In this document: positions 28,578 through 37,673 of the stretch, piece after piece | How the letters are laid out: every line of letters begins with the position of its first letter | Position numbering within the stretch: position 1 is the stretch's first letter | Virus record (IMG/VR): IMGVR_UViG_3300048575_000193 | Strand: one strand, 5' to 3' | Source of the DNA: a virus | Length of the DNA stretch: 64,000 nucleotides | Position numbers and translations under genes: made by a program | The notes under the pieces: model-generated | What the model was told of the DNA's origin: nothing | Database searches by the model: none | Seen by the model: the letters and a program-made list of their open reading frames with translations, nothing else

Positions 28578-28777
28578 TGCCAAACGTCAACGACCGCGTC
28601 GCAATGGCGATCTATCGCGTAGACGGCGGCATGTCCGACGAGGACTACCTGGCCGCTACCGGACGCCCCCGAACCCCCTGGGATAGCCTCGAGGAGCACG
28701 AGAAGGACGAGTTTCGAACCATGGCCGCCGAAGCAATCAAGACCTACCGCAGGATCGTCTTCGGCCCTACGGTGTAG
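28577..28777 (+). CDS. Small hypothetical protein
   Basis: 66 aa, stop inside a GGTGTAG box. Confidence 0.65.
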   Translation: MPNVNDRVAMAIYRVDGGMSDEDYLAATGRPRTPWDSLEEHEKDEFRTMAAEAIKTYRRIVFGPTV

Positions 28778-28786
28778 TTCTCCACC

Positions 28787-29188
28787 ATGCTCATCTCCTT
28801 CGACGGACCCATCCGCATCATCCCCGAAGTCTACCCCGGCCGCCTCGTCATAGAAATCGACGATACGTCATTCCACGAGGGATCGCTCAAACCCTCCCCC
28901 GAATGCGGCGTCTTCCTCACAACCAACCTCGGAAGCAAAAGAACACGCATCCCATGCAAACGCACCAAAGGCCGCGTGCTCTACGAAGTCCCCCTCGAAC
29001 ACAACAAAGACGGCTACCATACACGCGAAGTCCTAACCGTAACCTCCTATAGAGCCGGGATGACTACCTTGACCTACGTAGGGGTCCTGTCTGAATATCG
29101 GCCTCGTCGTTGGTCGTTTAGCTATACGCGAACCGGGGATGGTGTTGCGACGACGGTAGCGATTCCTCCAATGCCAAAGCGCAAATGA
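28787..29188 (+). CDS. Hypothetical protein
   Basis: 133 aa, 9 nt after a GGTGTAG box. Confidence 0.65.
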   Translation: MLISFDGPIRIIPEVYPGRLVIEIDDTSFHEGSLKPSPECGVFLTTNLGSKRTRIPCKRTKGRVLYEVPLEHNKDGYHTREVLTVTSYRAGMTTLTYVGVLSEYRPRRWSFSYTRTGDGVATTVAIPPMPKRK

Positions 29189-29436
29189 TGGCGACACTAC
29201 CACAGAGAATCCTCCGCGAGCTTCAAACCGAAAGCCCTCTCTCCGCTACGCAAGTGGCCCGCCGCCTTAAGGCCGACCCCTCTTGCGTATCGACCGCGCT
29301 GACCCGCCTCGTCAAACGTGGCAAGGTCGTGCGAGCCAGCAAGCCCGGCCCACGCGGCGGACAAACCTACGCCCTCATGCCCGAACAACGCCCCTCCCTC
29401 TGGGAAGCTATCCGCATGAGCGAGGCTTGCGCTTGA
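29185..29436 (+). CDS. Winged-HTH DNA-binding protein
   Basis: LSATQVARRLKADPSCVSTALTRLVKRGKV...Y. Confidence 0.75.
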   Translation: MMATLPQRILRELQTESPLSATQVARRLKADPSCVSTALTRLVKRGKVVRASKPGPRGGQTYALMPEQRPSLWEAIRMSEACA

Positions 29437-29521
29437 CCCTCCTGCGCGTCGTCTTGCCCTACGCTTGCTTCGGCCTCCTCGTCGAGGGCAACACCATTGT
29501 AGAGGCCGCTCCAATAGCAAA

Positions 29522-30205
29522 ATGGTCCGAAGGAAAACCCGCAAGAAACGTCATCCTGTACTACCAAAGTCGAGGCGCAACCGTAAGCCGCGTCTCGCCG
29601 AAACCGACGTCGCAGCCCCCGTCGTCGCCTGGCTGAAAGACCTGGGCTGGGAGGTCTTCCAAGAGGTCGACTTCTTAGGCAACCGCGCCGACATCGTCGC
29701 ACGCCAAGATATGACCATCTGGGTCATCGAGGTCAAATGCAACCTCAACCTCGAAGTCCTCTCCCAAGCCAACCGCTGGGTCCCCTACGCCCAACGCGTC
29801 TCGGTCGCCGTCCCGTTCCGACGCAAAACCGACGTGACTCGCTTCGCCAAAGAAGTCCTCGTCTGGAAAGGTATCGGCCTCATCGAAGTCTCACGCAACG
29901 TCACCGAAACCCTCTCCCCTACCAACCGCCCAGGCTCCGCCCGCTGGCGCCTCCACGAAGAGCAGAAAACCTTCTGCCCAGCCGGTAGCCAATCCGGCGC
30001 TTGGACCCCCTTCAAGCAAACCGTCATCAACCTCACCGACTTCGCCAAGGCCCACCCCGGAACGCCCCTCAAAGACGCCCTCGCCCAAATCAAACACCAC
30101 TACAAGTCTACCCCCGGCGCCATCCGCCAAATCCAAAAGCTCACCGAAACCCGCGTCATCACAACGATCCGCTTGCGCGACGGTAAGGTCTTCCCCACGG
30201 TGTAG
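29522..30205 (+). CDS. PD-(D/E)XK nuclease-like protein (start uncertain)
   Basis: EVFQEV...RADIVA...WVIEVKCNL...QANRW. Confidence 0.7.
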   Translation: MVRRKTRKKRHPVLPKSRRNRKPRLAETDVAAPVVAWLKDLGWEVFQEVDFLGNRADIVARQDMTIWVIEVKCNLNLEVLSQANRWVPYAQRVSVAVPFRRKTDVTRFAKEVLVWKGIGLIEVSRNVTETLSPTNRPGSARWRLHEEQKTFCPAGSQSGAWTPFKQTVINLTDFAKAHPGTPLKDALAQIKHHYKSTPGAIRQIQKLTETRVITTIRLRDGKVFPTV

Positions 30206-30213
30206 ACCCCTAC

Positions 30214-30735
30214 GTGCATATCTCAGACGTCGACTTCACACCAAGAAAAGGCCAATGGTGGGCACGACTAAAGCCCCTCTCCCTCGCCCGTATCCTCGAA
30301 GACCTCGAACCCAACGGCTGCCTCTCCATTGAGTTCTTCGCCCCCGACGAACCCTACGGCAACGTCTGGAGCCTCGTCCCCCCCATAGGCTACCCCATCT
30401 TCCGCTACCTCTGGTGCCACGAAGAACGCCCCATCGAATGGTTCCGCTACGCTAGAACCGACGACGTCTTCGTCGTCCAGAAAACCGGCAACCTCTTCTT
30501 CACCGTCCGGGACCCCGATAGAAACATCTGCCTCTGCCTTTCGGATACGCCCCTCACCGACGACGATATCATCTCAAGCCGCCTCGTCCAACAAGGCCCC
30601 GAACCACCCCAAGGCCCCACCCTCTTCGACAAGCTCCGCGACGACAACCACTCCGCACCCGAACCACCCCTAAACCCTACAACCCCTCTCGAAATCGAAC
30701 CCCTCCCAATTGATCCCACCGACCCAGACGCATAG
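30214..30735 (+). CDS. Hypothetical protein (PRKGQWW unit, TLFDKLRDD tag)
   Basis: 173 aa, GTG 8 nt after a GGTGTAG box. Confidence 0.65.
   Translation: MHISDVDFTPRKGQWWARLKPLSLARILEDLEPNGCLSIEFFAPDEPYGNVWSLVPPIGYPIFRYLWCHEERPIEWFRYARTDDVFVVQKTGNLFFTVRDPDRNICLCLSDTPLTDDDIISSRLVQQGPEPPQGPTLFDKLRDDNHSAPEPPLNPTTPLEIEPLPIDPTDPDA
30710..30734 (+). promoter_or_regulatory. Class I motif variant TTGATC-N12-ACGCATA
   Basis: 8 nt before ATG 30743. Confidence 0.6.
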
Positions 30736-30742
30736 TACCCCC

Positions 30743-31057
30743 ATGAAGATCTCACTCGACCTCAACGTCACAACACAAACCGCCCGCGTCTACAAGACCG
30801 AAGAAAAGCTCGACACCGTTCGCGCCGAAATCACCGCCAAGGGGACCTACCAAAACCTCGCCGCCCTCGGCGACCTCATAACCGCTACCGCTAGAGCTAC
30901 CTGCCCCATCAGCGTCTGCATCCTCCAAGCCCACATCGACTACTGGAACGGATCAGCAACCCTCACCATAGACGCCGAAGGCGTCGACTCCAACGCCATC
31001 CCTACCGCTACCAAGGTCCTCAAAGACGCCCTCGCACGGTGTAGCATCCCAGTATGA
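30743..31057 (+). CDS. Hypothetical protein
   Basis: 104 aa. Confidence 0.65.
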   Translation: MKISLDLNVTTQTARVYKTEEKLDTVRAEITAKGTYQNLAALGDLITATARATCPISVCILQAHIDYWNGSATLTIDAEGVDSNAIPTATKVLKDALARCSIPV

Positions 31058-31470
31058 CCACCCTCTACATCCCAGCCTGCGGTGACCGTATCACCCTCAA
31101 CCTCCCATGGACCTTCACAGCCTACTTCGAACGCCGCAACGCCCGCTTCCTCCTCCTCCAAGGCGCCATCACCCAACCCCTCTCCTGGCGAGACTACTAC
31201 GTCGACCCAACCACCTGCTCCAAACGCCGAACAACCACCATCACCCTCCCAGCAGGTACCACCCTCGAGGTCGCCCGTGTCTACGTCCGCAATACCGCCA
31301 AGGCCGCCCCCTCCCGTGAAGCTAACTACGACTCCATCACCTGGACGATCGTCAAACCCAACGGCAAAGCCTCAACCTCCTTCTGGGCTAAGCTCTCCGA
31401 CGTCAACAAGATCAGCTTCACCCTAGAATCAACCTACGCCCAACGGAAAGCCACAAAGTGTCAACCCTAG
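31054..31470 (+). CDS. Hypothetical protein
   Basis: 138 aa, 9 nt after GGTGTAG at 31038-31044. Confidence 0.7.
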   Translation: MTTLYIPACGDRITLNLPWTFTAYFERRNARFLLLQGAITQPLSWRDYYVDPTTCSKRRTTTITLPAGTTLEVARVYVRNTAKAAPSREANYDSITWTIVKPNGKASTSFWAKLSDVNKISFTLESTYAQRKATKCQP

Positions 31471-31722
31471 CCGCCCTCGTTACCCTCGCCGCCTTGGCCG
31501 CCACCATCAGCCTCTTTATCACCCCTAGCGATTTTTGACTTCCGGGCCAAAATTCAGCCGGGCGAAAAATCCAGACCCTAACCCTTCAGGCCCCCCTTAG
31601 AAGAGACCCCCCCCATTCCCCCTTTTCAGCGTTTGCCGACCGCCCAACGTGCGCATACTCAACACGCCCCGTAGCCACCACCACAAACTCGAAAAAGATA
31701 ATCGAGCAGTTCTACAGTGGCA

Positions 31723-31938
31723 TCACTTTTGCGGGCCGAGGCAAACCTCCCCATCCTCCGACACGGTAGGCATAGGGATCCACCCGACTACATCAGGGTC
31801 CCTGGTCAGCTCACCCTCTACCGTCCACCGTTCATCCACGAACCAGTAGCCCCGATAGAACAACGGCGACCCACGCGTCAGTACCAACACCGCCTCCCCA
31901 GAAGGAGGACGCTCACTCACAGGGCGTAATCGTGACAT
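31723..31938 (-). CDS. Small DUF551-like protein
   Basis: PVSERPP...VLV...VVGWIPMP. Confidence 0.65.
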   Translation of the reverse strand: MSRLRPVSERPPSGEAVLVLTRGSPLFYRGYWFVDERWTVEGELTRDPDVVGWIPMPTVSEDGEVCLGPQK

Positions 31939-32042
31939 GAGAACTCCAGACTCTTTGTTGAAACCTGGACCTCGCCTCGCTCTAACCCCCTGTCAGAGTT
32001 GAAGGTGAGATACAGATCCGCTATAGGGGTTGATCTTCCATA

Positions 32043-32228
32043 CTATTCAACCAGGTGCAGCCCCTCAGACACGGCGTCACGGTTGGTCTGACGTGCGCGC
32101 TTACGTGATCGGCGGCGTGTAGCCTTGGGGACGTGGTATCCCATGGTCCCCTTGTGGACAGCCCCGCATGAGCAGCACCCGTAGTGGCAAACCAGGTTCT
32201 CGTGAGGCTTGTTACCGTAGGGCTTCAT
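32043..32228 (-). CDS. Small basic Cys/His-rich protein
   Basis: CHYGCCSC, RRRSRKRAR. Confidence 0.6.
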   Translation of the reverse strand: MKPYGNKPHENLVCHYGCCSCGAVHKGTMGYHVPKATRRRSRKRARQTNRDAVSEGLHLVE

Positions 32229-32239
32229 CGTGGTTCAAC

Positions 32240-32264
32240 TATGCCCCAGAGGGGCTGGGATCAA
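32240..32264 (-). promoter_or_regulatory. Class I motif TTGATC-N12-GGGCATA
   Basis: 11 nt before ATG 32228. Confidence 0.65.
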
Positions 32265-32379
32265 CCGGAAAATGAACGCCTACATCGGAGCCTCTTTTGT
32301 AGGCGTCCGAGACAATATCCGTGCCAATATCACCTTCCGTGGATTCGTGACCGTAGCCGAGAGGATGTTTGGAAACCGG

Positions 32380-32462
32380 CTGTTCTGAGGGGATGTAGGT
32401 AAGGGTGATCAGAGGTCTCTCCGTAGGGTTCTGACTGTTCTGAGGGGATGTGGGTAAGGGTG
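32380..32462. repeat. 28-bp direct repeat x2, 1 mismatch (CTGTTCTGAGGGGATGT[A/G]GGTAAGGGTG)
   Basis: Copies at 32380-32407 and 32435-32462, intergenic. Confidence 0.85.
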
Positions 32463-32493
32463 GTTCGGAGGGGGTTGCTCCCAGGGGGGCTGC

Positions 32494-32775
32494 TTACGGG
32501 GTCCCTATGGGGGCTTCTCTTGTGGCGGCGTAGGGGGAGGGTGGCCAGCGGTCTTCTGGTAGGCCGTAGGTTTTGGCGAAGTGTGACCAGGTGAATTGGG
32601 TGGTTGATTTAGCCAGGCCGATTTGGATGACGGCAAGGCGGTCCTCAAGGGGTATCTTCTCGAGGGCTTCCTTCATTTGGGAGACGCTTGGGAGGGCGTT
32701 GATCTGGGTGTAGGCGATGAGGTGCATGGCGTTGCCCCTGGGTTGGGTTATGAAGGGGTTGGGGATGTGTGTCAT
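32494..32775 (-). CDS. Hypothetical protein
   Basis: 93 aa. Confidence 0.55.
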   Translation of the reverse strand: MTHIPNPFITQPRGNAMHLIAYTQINALPSVSQMKEALEKIPLEDRLAVIQIGLAKSTTQFTWSHFAKTYGLPEDRWPPSPYAATREAPIGTP

Positions 32776-33227
32776 GGCAAGCAGTCCTCGAAGGGGCGTA
32801 GGGTGACGGCTGTAGGGGCTGGGGATTGGCAGGAGGCGAGGGTATTGCGTAGGGATTGGAGCTGGAGGTTGTCGGGGTCTTGGGCGATAGCTTCGTCGAG
32901 GGCTAGGGTGTAGGCGAGGGCGTTATCGCCTCGGATGAAGACGCCTGGCCAGTCGGTTCCGAACGCAAGGGGGCCGGTTTCGGGGCGTGTAGCTGGGGTA
33001 GCGAGGAGGGGCGTATTAGCTGGGAGGGGGAGGGTCAAGGTGATGACCCAGTTATCGCCTGGGGTTCCGGTGCCTTTCTGCATACGTTGGACGGCGAGGA
33101 TGGTTGCTCGTTGGCCGTCTTCGGTAGCGAGCCGCATACCGGGCGTAGGTGTGATCTCTGGACGGAAGATGGAGATCTGGGGTTGTCCGTTGTGGGTGAA
33201 GCTGAATTCGGCTGTGAGGGTTGGCAT
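32772..33227 (-). CDS. Hypothetical protein
   Basis: 151 aa, 9 nt after a GGTGTAG box. Confidence 0.7.
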   Translation of the reverse strand: MPTLTAEFSFTHNGQPQISIFRPEITPTPGMRLATEDGQRATILAVQRMQKGTGTPGDNWVITLTLPLPANTPLLATPATRPETGPLAFGTDWPGVFIRGDNALAYTLALDEAIAQDPDNLQLQSLRNTLASCQSPAPTAVTLRPFEDCLP

Positions 33228-33236
33228 GGTGTGGTT

Positions 33237-33671
33237 CTACACCGTGGGGTCGTTTTCGATGAGGCGGGCGTAGAGGTCGGGGTAGGTTTGGATAGCATGG
33301 CAGCCCTTTGGGGTTGTGCGGTAGAAGCCTCCTGGGCGTGTAGGTTGGGCGAGGCCGAGGGCTATGGCGTGTTTGAGGGCGATGGACTTGTAGTGGGCGA
33401 GGGCTTCGTCGTTGACGCCGCGACGGAGGAGAGTTTTGACGGGTTCTGAGATGTAGGGGGTCCCGGTGGTGCCTCTTGGGACGTTGGGGTCTGGGAGGAT
33501 AGCGGCGCCGAAGGCATAGCCTATGTAGGGGATGACGTCCCTATGTGTGTTGATATCGAACCAGCGGAAGCGTCTTAGGTGGTTGGCGAGGTAGCGGGCG
33601 TCTTTTGGGTTGAGGCTGATGACGTCGGCGTAGTGGGCGGCTCTTTGGATAAGGTTTTGGAGGCGTGTCAC
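33237..33671 (-). CDS. Hypothetical protein
   Basis: 144 aa, stop in a GGTGTAG box. Confidence 0.65.
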   Translation of the reverse strand: MTRLQNLIQRAAHYADVISLNPKDARYLANHLRRFRWFDINTHRDVIPYIGYAFGAAILPDPNVPRGTTGTPYISEPVKTLLRRGVNDEALAHYKSIALKHAIALGLAQPTRPGGFYRTTPKGCHAIQTYPDLYARLIENDPTV

Positions 33672-33985
33672 GGGTCGTCCTCCTCTTCGAGAAGCTTCTC
33701 GAAGAAGTCACTAGTCGGCACGGGCCAAGGAGGGCTACCTCTTGTGGGGCTGCTCGGGTGTAGCACGACGAGGGCGATGTCCATTTTGCCGAGGTACCAT
33801 CGGTAGAGGACGCCCAGGTGTTCGGTTTTGTCTTGGACTTTCTCGACGGCGAGGCGGTTAGCTTCTGGGGATTGGGCTAAGCCCCAGTGTAGGCAAGGGC
33901 TGTAGTTGCCGTAGGGGTCGAGGGCGTTGATGTAGCCGGGGATGTCGCGTGAGGGATTGGGGCATTCGTAGTAGCTTATGGGCAT
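33668..33985 (-). CDS. Hypothetical protein ending DFFEKLLEEEDDP
   Basis: 105 aa. Confidence 0.7.
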   Translation of the reverse strand: MPISYYECPNPSRDIPGYINALDPYGNYSPCLHWGLAQSPEANRLAVEKVQDKTEHLGVLYRWYLGKMDIALVVLHPSSPTRGSPPWPVPTSDFFEKLLEEEDDP

Positions 33986-34395
33986 TAGAAGAGGTCCTCG
34001 TCCATGAGCTTATCGTAGGCGTCGGGTTCCTTCACGGGGGGCTTCTTGGGCGCTTGTAGGGGCGTCTTGGGGGGCGCCCCGGGCTCTTGCATCCATGGAG
34101 GGGGCGTGAGGTTGCCTCCGAAGCGGTCGCTTAGGAAGATGTAGAATTCAAGGTCATATCGGAAGTCGTATGCGCCTCGGGCGATGTCACGCCACACCAC
34201 GTGGATGACGTCGTGTGGAAAGGCGGCTGTAGCCCGATTCACGGCATCCCTAGCGGCGACCTCGTCCATGACGTACCATCTAGGTTCAGAGGTGATGAAA
34301 AACCTTGAGCCTACGCATTCGACGTGGCGCACACGGTTCCGATCGACCCGGAACAGCCCCGATATGCGTCCTCCTTCGTGAAAGCACGGGTTCAT
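33985..34395 (-). CDS. Hypothetical protein ending DAYDKLMDEDLF
   Basis: 136 aa. Confidence 0.7.
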   Translation of the reverse strand: MNPCFHEGGRISGLFRVDRNRVRHVECVGSRFFITSEPRWYVMDEVAARDAVNRATAAFPHDVIHVVWRDIARGAYDFRYDLEFYIFLSDRFGGNLTPPPWMQEPGAPPKTPLQAPKKPPVKEPDAYDKLMDEDLF

Positions 34396-34399
34396 AGCG

Positions 34400-34585
34400 T
34401 CACCATTTGAGATCTTTGGGCATACGTTTGTAGATCTCGTCGCAGCGGGCCTCGAGGAGGAGGGCCTGGGCGATGCTTCCCTTAGCGCGGGCCTTCATGG
34501 CGCGGGCTTTGGTTCGGGCGTAGAGTTTGAGCCCGGGTTGCGACACGGCCTCAAGCTCGGTTATGGTCATGGCGTCGAGGTTCAT
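34400..34585 (-). CDS. Small hypothetical protein
   Basis: 61 aa. Confidence 0.65.
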   Translation of the reverse strand: MNLDAMTITELEAVSQPGLKLYARTKARAMKARAKGSIAQALLLEARCDEIYKRMPKDLKW

Positions 34586-34683
34586 GGGCGTCTCCGGATG
34601 AGGGCCTTCACGATGTCCTTAGTGAGGCGGTAGGTCATAGTTCCGAGGGCGACGCTGATACCGAGGAGGAGCAGGTTTGACAT
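34582..34683 (-). CDS. 33-aa hydrophobic peptide (MSNLLLLGISVALGTMTYRLTKDIVKALIRRRP)
   Basis: 8 nt after a class I motif, ATGA overlap downstream. Confidence 0.6.
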   Translation of the reverse strand: MSNLLLLGISVALGTMTYRLTKDIVKALIRRRP

Positions 34684-34691
34684 GGTCCTCC

Positions 34692-34716
34692 TATGCCGTT
34701 GGTCGTCGCCGATCAA
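34692..34716 (-). promoter_or_regulatory. Class I motif TTGATC-N12-CGGCATA
   Basis: 8 nt before ATG 34683. Confidence 0.75.
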
Positions 34717-34922
34717 CTCTGAATCGGCTTAGGCTTCTTCCATTGCACTTCTTTGGGATCGGTGTATTGGACGCCTTCACAGACGGGGCAGGTCCACTTA
34801 TAGAGCTGCCCATCTTCGACGGGCACTTCATGCCGGACCATCTCCACCACGGTCTCACAGGTAGGGCAGACGAACTCGGCTAAGTAGTCCTTGGGAGCAA
34901 TGCCTCTTCGAATGATTCTCAT
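34713..34922 (-). CDS. Small Zn-ribbon protein
   Basis: FVCPTC...WTCPVC. Confidence 0.7.
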   Translation of the reverse strand: MRIIRRGIAPKDYLAEFVCPTCETVVEMVRHEVPVEDGQLYKWTCPVCEGVQYTDPKEVQWKKPKPIQS

Positions 34923-34930
34923 GGCTTAGG

Positions 34931-34955
34931 TATGCCGTTGGTTCTCGGGGATCAA
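34931..34955 (-). promoter_or_regulatory. Class I motif TTGATC-N12-CGGCATA
   Basis: 8 nt before ATG 34922. Confidence 0.8.
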
Positions 34956-35200
34956 CCCCACCAGATCTTTTCTCCCACATTGGTGAAGCCCTTGGGGACG
35001 GTGTACAGGTGTGGGCCGTGGTGCCCGTCTTCAAGCTCACAGCGGAGGGAGACGGACTCCTTGCGTCCGGCAGGGCCTCGGACTCCGTTGTGTAGGGCGG
35101 GGCATCGGGGGCGCTTGGGTGGGCGTTTGGGTCGTCCGGTCCCATAGCCGAGGATGAATCCCACCAAGGCGGCGAACAGGGCGATAGCGAGAGTCGTCAT
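34952..35200 (-). CDS. Small membrane-anchored protein with C-C-H-H motif
   Basis: N-terminal TM helix, RCPAL...LRCELEDGHHGPH. Confidence 0.65.
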   Translation of the reverse strand: MTTLAIALFAALVGFILGYGTGRPKRPPKRPRCPALHNGVRGPAGRKESVSLRCELEDGHHGPHLYTVPKGFTNVGEKIWWG

Positions 35201-35625
35201 GGTGACTCTTTGGGGAAGTGTTGCGACGCTTTACAGGCGTGGCAAGTGACGCGGAGGTGGTTGAACGTGTAGAGCTGCTCGTCGGCCTCATAGACGCCCA
35301 GGGGCAAGTCCGTGGAATGGCTCCACACGTAGTGGTCGGTCTCGTCACAAGCGAACCGAACGTAGGGCTGGTCGGAGTAATGGCTGTAGTGAACGGGCCA
35401 CTCGGGCTTGTCCTCTTCGTTCCAAGGCCCCTCGGTCCACGCCTTGTAGGCTCCGTTGGCGACCACTTCACACGCAGCTTCACAGTCAAGCGGTAGCTCG
35501 GCGGTTTGGCAAGCCTCATCGTTGGGCTCGTCGAGCTTGAGGATGATAGCGTTACAGCCCCGGCATACGACCATGTCGATGCCTTCGTAGACGGGGATCG
35601 GGTTGGACCAGCAATGGCGTTTCAT
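35197..35625 (-). CDS. Cys-rich hypothetical protein
   Basis: 142 aa from MKRHCW. Confidence 0.6.
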   Translation of the reverse strand: MKRHCWSNPIPVYEGIDMVVCRGCNAIILKLDEPNDEACQTAELPLDCEAACEVVANGAYKAWTEGPWNEEDKPEWPVHYSHYSDQPYVRFACDETDHYVWSHSTDLPLGVYEADEQLYTFNHLRVTCHACKASQHFPKESP

Positions 35626-35626
35626 G

Positions 35627-36232
35627 TCACTCCTCGGTAGCGCAAAGGAAGAAGCCTCCATCGGGCGTGAGGAGGTGCCGTATGGTCGTAGCCCATGGGG
35701 CCTCCTCGGCGAGGCGCTTCTTGAGGAATTCGAACATCTCGGGGGATGCTGCTGGGCACGTGAATCCGGGGCAGAACTTGCCGGTCGCGACAACGGTTTG
35801 CCGGATCTCGTAGTTCCGGTCTATGTAGGCAACACGCGCACCGTCGTCCATGTCAAGGCATACGGCGTTGGAGGGGAGGGCCTCACGGATGCAAGCGGGT
35901 TTGACGTAGAGGGTGAATTCGATGCTTTCCGGGGCGCCTAGCTTGGCGCTCATGGCCTCGTAGCGCCGGAGGTCGAGCACGTTGTTTTCCTTGACCCAAA
36001 TAGCGGTTCGGAGGTCAAGGGCGCGGTTGAGCATATCCCTCCGGGTTGAGATGGCTGACTCGTAGGAGATCTCCATGTCGTGGTCCCCGCGATCGACCCA
36101 GCATCGGTGAGCCCCTTCGTGCCCGGCGTCCAGCTCACACCTTAGCCTTCCGCTTAGGGCGGGGCATCGGCTTGGCCTTGGCGTCAGGAGATTTTGCAGG
36201 GCGCTTTGGAGCGCTCGGAGTACGTCGAGCAT
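35627..36232 (-). CDS. Hypothetical protein (start uncertain)
   Basis: RCPALSGRLRCELDAGHEGAH motif. Confidence 0.6.
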   Translation of the reverse strand: MLDVLRALQSALQNLLTPRPSRCPALSGRLRCELDAGHEGAHRCWVDRGDHDMEISYESAISTRRDMLNRALDLRTAIWVKENNVLDLRRYEAMSAKLGAPESIEFTLYVKPACIREALPSNAVCLDMDDGARVAYIDRNYEIRQTVVATGKFCPGFTCPAASPEMFEFLKKRLAEEAPWATTIRHLLTPDGGFFLCATEE

Positions 36233-36464
36233 TGTTATCCCTCTTCGGCGGCTTGAGCCTAATCCTCACTTCGGCGGCGGCTTGAGCCTCTTCCCAGGTC
36301 CAGGCACATAGGAAATGGACGGTCCCGGTTTCCTTGTCCCAGCATGACCAGAAGTTGGTGATCTTCTTGCTCTGGTAGAGGTAGTAGCGGTCCTCTGCGA
36401 CCTTGATGGGCGTCGTCTTGCGTTCACGCCCTACCTTCATGTCAAAGGGGCCTTCCCATTTCAT
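36135..36464 (-). CDS. Hypothetical basic protein
   Basis: 109 aa. Confidence 0.55.
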   Translation of the reverse strand: MKWEGPFDMKVGRERKTTPIKVAEDRYYLYQSKKITNFWSCWDKETGTVHFLCAWTWEEAQAAAEVRIRLKPPKRDNNARRTPSAPKRPAKSPDAKAKPMPRPKRKAKV

Positions 36465-36754
36465 CCGAGGATCTCCTTGAGGTCGCGGAACTTGTTCCCG
36501 CAGGCTATGAGGTCGGCGATCTTGCTGAGAAGGACGGAGGCGTCACACTCGTCAAGCTCCTCCCAAGGACGTTTGGTGCAATCCAAGCGATAGCCCGCTT
36601 GGATCTCCGGCTCGCCGCGATCGTTGTCGCAATGCCTGACGATGAGGGGCGTCGTGTCGCTTGCTACTTCCAAGGTGACGAAGCCGTCGTTGCTCTTCTC
36701 CAAGATAATGAAGCCAACGCAGCCGCAATTGAATCGAACAAGGCGTGTGCTCAT
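36461..36754 (-). CDS. Hypothetical protein
   Basis: 97 aa from MSTRLV. Confidence 0.65.
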   Translation of the reverse strand: MSTRLVRFNCGCVGFIILEKSNDGFVTLEVASDTTPLIVRHCDNDRGEPEIQAGYRLDCTKRPWEELDECDASVLLSKIADLIACGNKFRDLKEILG

Positions 36755-37146
36755 CGTGATGCCTTCCTTTCGGCGTAGGCTATGGCGTCTGCCCAACCCT
36801 CGTCGCTTGCGGGGAAGCGAGCGGCGGGGCCGGGGGCTTCACGGGGCGGCAGGTTGTTACGGTTCTCCCGGAAGTGTGGGTCGATCTTGCGCCACCGGAT
36901 GATCTGTGACTCCGAAACGTCGAGGTAGACCATAACCTTGGTCCCCTCGTAGGAGCATCGTGAGCAGTTGGGATATTTGACCTTGAGGACGACGTGTGGG
37001 CCGCATCGGACCATGTCGATGATCTCGAAGCGCTCGGCGTCGGGCGTCTTCGCTTCTACCTCACGTCGGTATCGGTTTGATGGGTTGTCCGGGTGACTCG
37101 GGTGGCTTGAGCAGTTAGGGTCGCCTGGGGAGTGTCGGCAGGTCAT
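36751..37146 (-). CDS. Hypothetical protein
   Basis: 131 aa from MTCRHS, 8 nt after a class I variant. Confidence 0.75.
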   Translation of the reverse strand: MTCRHSPGDPNCSSHPSHPDNPSNRYRREVEAKTPDAERFEIIDMVRCGPHVVLKVKYPNCSRCSYEGTKVMVYLDVSESQIIRWRKIDPHFRENRNNLPPREAPGPAARFPASDEGWADAIAYAERKASR

Positions 37147-37150
37147 GGTC

Positions 37151-37657
37151 CTAAGACTCCGATGGGCGCTTGGGATCAACACGAATCGGACCCCAGAACA
37201 ACACGTCTTCTCTGAGCTTGTCCAAGGGGAACACGGATGGACCGCAATAGAAGCGGAGCGTGCCCTTGTCTTCCAGGATCTGGGCTACCTCGGGCCATTG
37301 GTGCCCTGTACGCTGGCAGAGATACATGCCTGGCCGCGTTGGGCGGGGGCAGCTAGGAATGCTCGTCGCGGGGTCATTCCAAGGCTCAAGCTCGGGGTTG
37401 AAGACGAATCCGTATGACTTGAGGATGTGGCGAACGATGTCCTCATGGGGGGCGTTCGGGACGTACCACGTGCACTCGGCGTCGGGCACGTCATTGAGCC
37501 AGGGGCAGGTGTTATCGATCAGCTTGATGTGATTGTCGTAGAGGCACCCCTTGGCGTCCCACCATTCTTTGGGGCAAAGGGTGACGCTCACATCGCCGGT
37601 TTCGTCGTCCTTATGGACGCCAAAGTACAGCTCGCTGGGCTTACAAGGTTTGAACAT
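37151..37657 (-). CDS. Hypothetical protein
   Basis: 168 aa. Confidence 0.7.
   Translation of the reverse strand: MFKPCKPSELYFGVHKDDETGDVSVTLCPKEWWDAKGCLYDNHIKLIDNTCPWLNDVPDAECTWYVPNAPHEDIVRHILKSYGFVFNPELEPWNDPATSIPSCPRPTRPGMYLCQRTGHQWPEVAQILEDKGTLRFYCGPSVFPLDKLREDVLFWGPIRVDPKRPSES
37155..37179 (-). promoter_or_regulatory. Class I motif variant TTGATC-N12-CGGAGTC
   Basis: 8 nt before ATG 37146. Confidence 0.6.
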
Positions 37658-37673
37658 GTCTACGGGGATCTCC

